Positions 61,307-64,000 of a DNA stretch of 64,000 bases are shown here, in pieces. Position 1 is the stretch's first letter. Each line of letters opens with the position of its first letter. The position numbers and the translations under genes are program-made. The stretch covers positions 5 through 64,004 of the forward strand of contig DATENZ010000055.1 in the NCBI GenBank assembly GCA_035274625.1, written 5' to 3'. The notes under the pieces are model-generated. The model was not told the origin of the DNA, did not search any database, and was given only the letters and a program-made list of their open reading frames with translations. This DNA is from Gaiellaceae bacterium (GTDB taxonomy: Bacteria > Actinomycetota > Thermoleophilia > Gaiellales > Gaiellaceae).

Positions 61307-61336
61307 TCGGGGCGCCGAGATTTGAACTCGGGACCT
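61307..61336 (-). pseudogene. 3' fragment of a tRNA-Pro-like gene (variable loop, T-arm, acceptor 3' strand, discriminator A)
   Basis: Minus strand reads AGGTC CCGAG TTCAAAT CTCGG CGCCCCG A. The matching D and anticodon arms and the CGGGGCG 5' strand are absent within 90 nt upstream. Confidence 0.6.
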
Positions 61337-62445
61337 CTAGTCCGGTCCGCGCGTCTGGGGGAAAGTCGCCTCATCAAGCCAAAACTGCGGGCAATGCAGC
61401 GAAATGTGGCTCTCGACTCTTGGGTGTTGTTGGTGGTGAATCACGACCACTTGGCGCGGTTCTGTACCCGTGGTGTGTACCCGCACGGGCCGCCCCCGGC
61501 CGCCCCAGCGATGTTCAGACACCGCTCTCGACGGACAGGCCGTAGGTTCTGTCGGCAAGGCGCTGCTCGGCCCGCTCTTGAAGGATCCGCGCCCTACACC
61601 GGCGGCCTGCCCTCGCGGACGCGCTCCTCGTCGGCCCTCAGCTCGGCTGTCGGGATCATTTGAGCAAGCCTCGGAAGCGTCGAGCGGCGTGAAGCTGTCC
61701 GCCCAGTACTACGTCCATGCCGCAGACAAGTCGGAACGGGCAGCCTCTACTCGGGCTCTTCGTCGGTCTGCTCTGCCGGCGCGGGTTTTCCGGTGATCTT
61801 CTCCGGAGGCGGGTAGAGCGAATCGCTAGCACGCGTGAGGGACGCCTTCAGGCGCTGCCAGATCACGCGAACGTTCGCGAGGCCGCTCAAGCTCCCCCCT
61901 CTGAGGCTGACGAGCTGCGGAGCCTACCGCCGAGGAGGAGGGGGAGGAGGAGAGGGCGACCCATGCGCATGAGCCGCCCCCGTGACAGGGCTTCCGGCCA
62001 ACCTGCGGCGAGCGGCCGGCGACCCCTCTAGCCGAGTCCGGTCAGTGGGGAGGGAGGGACTCGGGTGTTCGGCGCAACTTGCGGCGCCTGCGCTCCGGAG
62101 TTGGGCCCTGGCCGAGCCCGAACCAAATCTCCTCGGGAGACCGATAGTCGATGCCGCTCGCGAGCCGCAACGCGCTCAAGAGGGGCGAGGAATCTGTGGC
62201 TGGCGCCAGATGCTGCCTTCCCCTGTCAGGCCGCATGTTCATCCCGACTGCTGGTACCCACCCGCTGAGACTCCCAACTCCCTCGATCGAGGGTTTCAGT
62301 ACGGATAGGCGCCGGGGGTCGGGAGACGGATCGTTCCTCGACGGGCGACGGGGAGGAGAGCGCCCGCGCGGCGACTGCCTGCCATGGTGACCCCCGGCCC
62401 CCACGACCCTCACAGTTTCCCCCGCGGAGAACAAGAAATTGGAGC

Positions 62446-62718
62446 GTGATGACCGAACAGAAATACGCGGCCATCGACGCAGCCATAGACCTCGATCTCC
62501 TCGTCAAGACCTACGAGGTCGGACGCGAGAAGGTCTGGGAGGCTGCCGCCACCGCCGCTGACGAGACGCATGGCGACTATGAGCGCGTGGTCGCTCGGCT
62601 CGAGCGCCTAGACCGCCTGATCGAGGGCAGCGACGGAGAGACGTACGAGGAGCGGCTAGAGAACGCCGTCGACTCTCAGTTCGCGCACCTGGCCGATCTC
62701 ATCGGGGTCGCGTTGTGA
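62446..62718 (+). CDS. Hypothetical acidic helical protein (90 aa)
   Basis: GGAG 6 nt before the ATG and GC3-rich codons. No family recognised. Confidence 0.45.
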   Translation: MMTEQKYAAIDAAIDLDLLVKTYEVGREKVWEAAATAADETHGDYERVVARLERLDRLIEGSDGETYEERLENAVDSQFAHLADLIGVAL

Positions 62719-62782
62719 GAAGGAAACGGGATTGGCCTGCGGCAGCGCAACCAGGCGGCTCTGCACGGCGTTGGGCTTCGTA

Positions 62783-63223
62783 GTGGCCTGGGACTACCGC
62801 TTCCTGACCGAGTTCACCAATGGGTTCGAAGGTGAGGAGTTCGACGTCGGCTGGTCGTGGAGCTTCACGCGCAACGGCGAGGAGCACATCGTCCGGATCC
62901 TGCTCGCGCCCGGCATCGAGCGGATTCGGGACGCGCCGCGCGACTGCCGCGAAGCGGTCATGTCCAGAGGCGGAACCGCCGCGCGCGAACTCGCGCAGCG
63001 CGATCGCGGGTGGGTACCATCGACCCGGCATCAGGCGCGTGTCGCCTCTACGCCCCGTGCACGATCCGCGCGGAAACCGGCACACGACGGCCAAGCTTCA
63101 CCGACTACTGAACCAGCTGAGCCTGCCGGAACTCGAGCAGATCCTCAACGGCGCACGGGACAATGGCTAGCGCTCCGGGGTTTGCCGAAAGAGCCGTCTA
63201 GCCCAGCTCGCACCTGCGCCTAG
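62783..63223 (+). CDS. Copy B of the duplicated small gene, C-terminus probably frameshifted
   Basis: WDYRFLTEF...FDVGWSWSFTR..EEHIVRILLAPGIERIRDAPRDCREAVMSRGG matches copy A. After ARELAQRD, the homologous continuation (VGTIDPASG versus VVTITASG) lies in another frame. Confidence 0.4.
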   Translation: MAWDYRFLTEFTNGFEGEEFDVGWSWSFTRNGEEHIVRILLAPGIERIRDAPRDCREAVMSRGGTAARELAQRDRGWVPSTRHQARVASTPRARSARKPAHDGQASPTTEPAEPAGTRADPQRRTGQWLALRGLPKEPSSPARTCA

Positions 63224-63308
63224 TCTGACCGGCGGGCCCGTAGGTGGGCGGGAGTAAGCGCTCCACGGGCCCGGGAGAGTTCGACCCCGTCCTCCGGCCC
63301 GTGCTTGT

Positions 63309-63342
63309 GAGGGGGCGCGGCCCCGGCCGCCGCGGCCCCCTC
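63309..63342. terminator. GC-rich hairpin between convergent genes
   Basis: GAGGGGGC...GCCCCCTC outer stem followed by TTGTTCATT on the plus strand. Lies 28 nt downstream of the minus-strand stop at 63370. Confidence 0.4.
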
Positions 63343-63369
63343 TTGTTCATTCAGTGCTGTGTTGTCGGG

Positions 63370-64000
63370 TCAGGAGACGCAGGTCACGTAAACGAAAACG
63401 TCTTCGTCGTGGGTGCTGTTGTTGTTGCCGTATGCCTGGGCGAAGTTCGAGCCCAGGGTCAAGGTGTTCAGGTTCCCCTCTTTTGCGCCTGACCAGGCGC
63501 CTGCCCCTGTCGCAACGCCGCCGGACGGGCACGCTGTGGTGGCGCCGGACTGGGCACCGGTGGCAACCGTGAACGTGTCCCCGCCGGTCGTGTATCCCGC
63601 CGGGGCCGGCTTCGCGCAGACGACGTACGTGGTTAGCTTTTTCGCCGCGCCGGTGTTGTAGTAGCTGTTCAGGTCGGTCTGCCAGCCTGCCGGCCGGCCG
63701 TAGAACTCGCCGACGGTGGGGTGGCTGCTGTTCAGGTTGGTCCGCAGATCGCGGGACGAGGCCAGGCCGCCGCCTGATAGCGCCGCGGCGCCGGCTGGAC
63801 AGTTCGCCGTCGCAGTGTCGTTCCAGATCGGGGTCGTCGTAACCGTCTTCGCGACGATCTTGTATCCGAGCGGCTGAGCGGCACAGACCGCGGTGACGTT
63901 GAAGGTCGTCGCGCCGCCGCTCGTGTTATTCACCCACGCCTTCCAGCCCCTCTTAGTCGGCAACGGATACGAACTGTTCACACTCGCGCTGACGCTGCTC
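63370..64000 (-). CDS. Hypothetical Cys-containing Thr/Gly/Ala-rich protein, 5' end outside the window
   Basis: The frame stays open to the window edge. Recurring ...T(Y/A)VVCA..P.GY... strands suggest repeated beta-rich modules. Many N-x-S/T sequons. Confidence 0.55.
   Translation of the reverse strand, partial: SSVSASVNSSYPLPTKRGWKAWVNNTSGGATTFNVTAVCAAQPLGYKIVAKTVTTTPIWNDTATANCPAGAAALSGGGLASSRDLRTNLNSSHPTVGEFYGRPAGWQTDLNSYYNTGAAKKLTTYVVCAKPAPAGYTTGGDTFTVATGAQSGATTACPSGGVATGAGAWSGAKEGNLNTLTLGSNFAQAYGNNNSTHDEDVFVYVTCVS

Noticed and set aside
61305-61507. Possibility that the tRNA-like 3' end belongs to a short tmRNA. A TGGGGCG at 61501-61507 could pair with the CGCCCCG 3' strand, and a frame ends ...FAALPAVLA followed by TGA TGA.
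   Set aside because: The conserved tmRNA 5' element (GG.TTCGAC after the acceptor strand) is absent. About 200 nt is too short for the pseudoknot-rich bacterial tmRNA. The supposed tag is atypical. The pairing is a short GC-rich match expected by chance.
60750-61796. ORFs of 110-195 aa on both strands in the GC-poorer patch
   Set aside because: The translations are Arg/Pro/Ser-rich, mutually overlapping and without motifs. One of them runs across the tRNA fragment and terminator.
15048-62422. GTTTCCCCC from the murT-gatD hairpin recurs at 62414-62422, hinting at a dispersed repeat family
   Set aside because: It is a single additional 9-mer match without the partner arm. This is within chance expectation for GC-rich sequence searched on both strands.

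Overview
About 70% GC, gene-dense bacterial chromosome, probably a deep-branching Actinobacteria lineage (Thermoleophilia/Rubrobacteria-like). This is inferred from RNase Y, MurT/GatD, the pgsA-FHA-MerR synteny, frequent GTG starts and 4-nt start/stop overlaps. I found no rRNA, no intact tRNA and no CRISPR array.

Bases 1-47,400 are mostly housekeeping:
- recX, rny, miaB, miaA
- a dapF-like gene plus a dapE-dapC-dapD operon
- hflX, dut, murT/gatD
- a secreted S8 protease directly followed by a membrane GGDEF/HD-GYP enzyme
- two convergent sigma-70 paralogues
- apt, MerR, FHA and a small RsiG-like coiled coil
- a nucleotidyltransferase/phosphomannomutase fusion, then pgsA
- a DUF1800-DUF1501-cupredoxin operon
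- an RTX-like exoprotein, Mn catalase and several two-component genes

Bases 47,400-64,000 are more accessory:
- htrA
- an M23 peptidase fused to a Trp-rich repeat domain
- a 1110-aa NTPase-TPR-SARP regulator
- a stand-alone LigD polymerase domain
- a Ser/Thr kinase
- a GC-poorer decayed patch holding a tRNA-Pro 3' fragment with its terminator, possible IS and ligase remnants, and a duplicated small gene

Most interesting observations:
1. Two pairs of 11-bp-phased CCCTAAG repeats with SARP-box geometry bracket the SARP-type regulator. Each pair lies upstream of one of its two neighbouring genes, which suggests a compact regulator-plus-targets module.
2. The DapF homologue contains no cysteine at all; both catalytic Cys positions read Ser.
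3. An 81-aa protein carries a near-perfect single RsiG-type c-di-GMP-binding motif.
4. A 136-nt hairpin-rich spacer splits murT from gatD.
5. The S8 protease has an (ASW[NS]S)x10 tail.
6. A tRNA-Pro att-like remnant marks a degraded island.

All functional calls come from reading motifs by eye. No database search was run.
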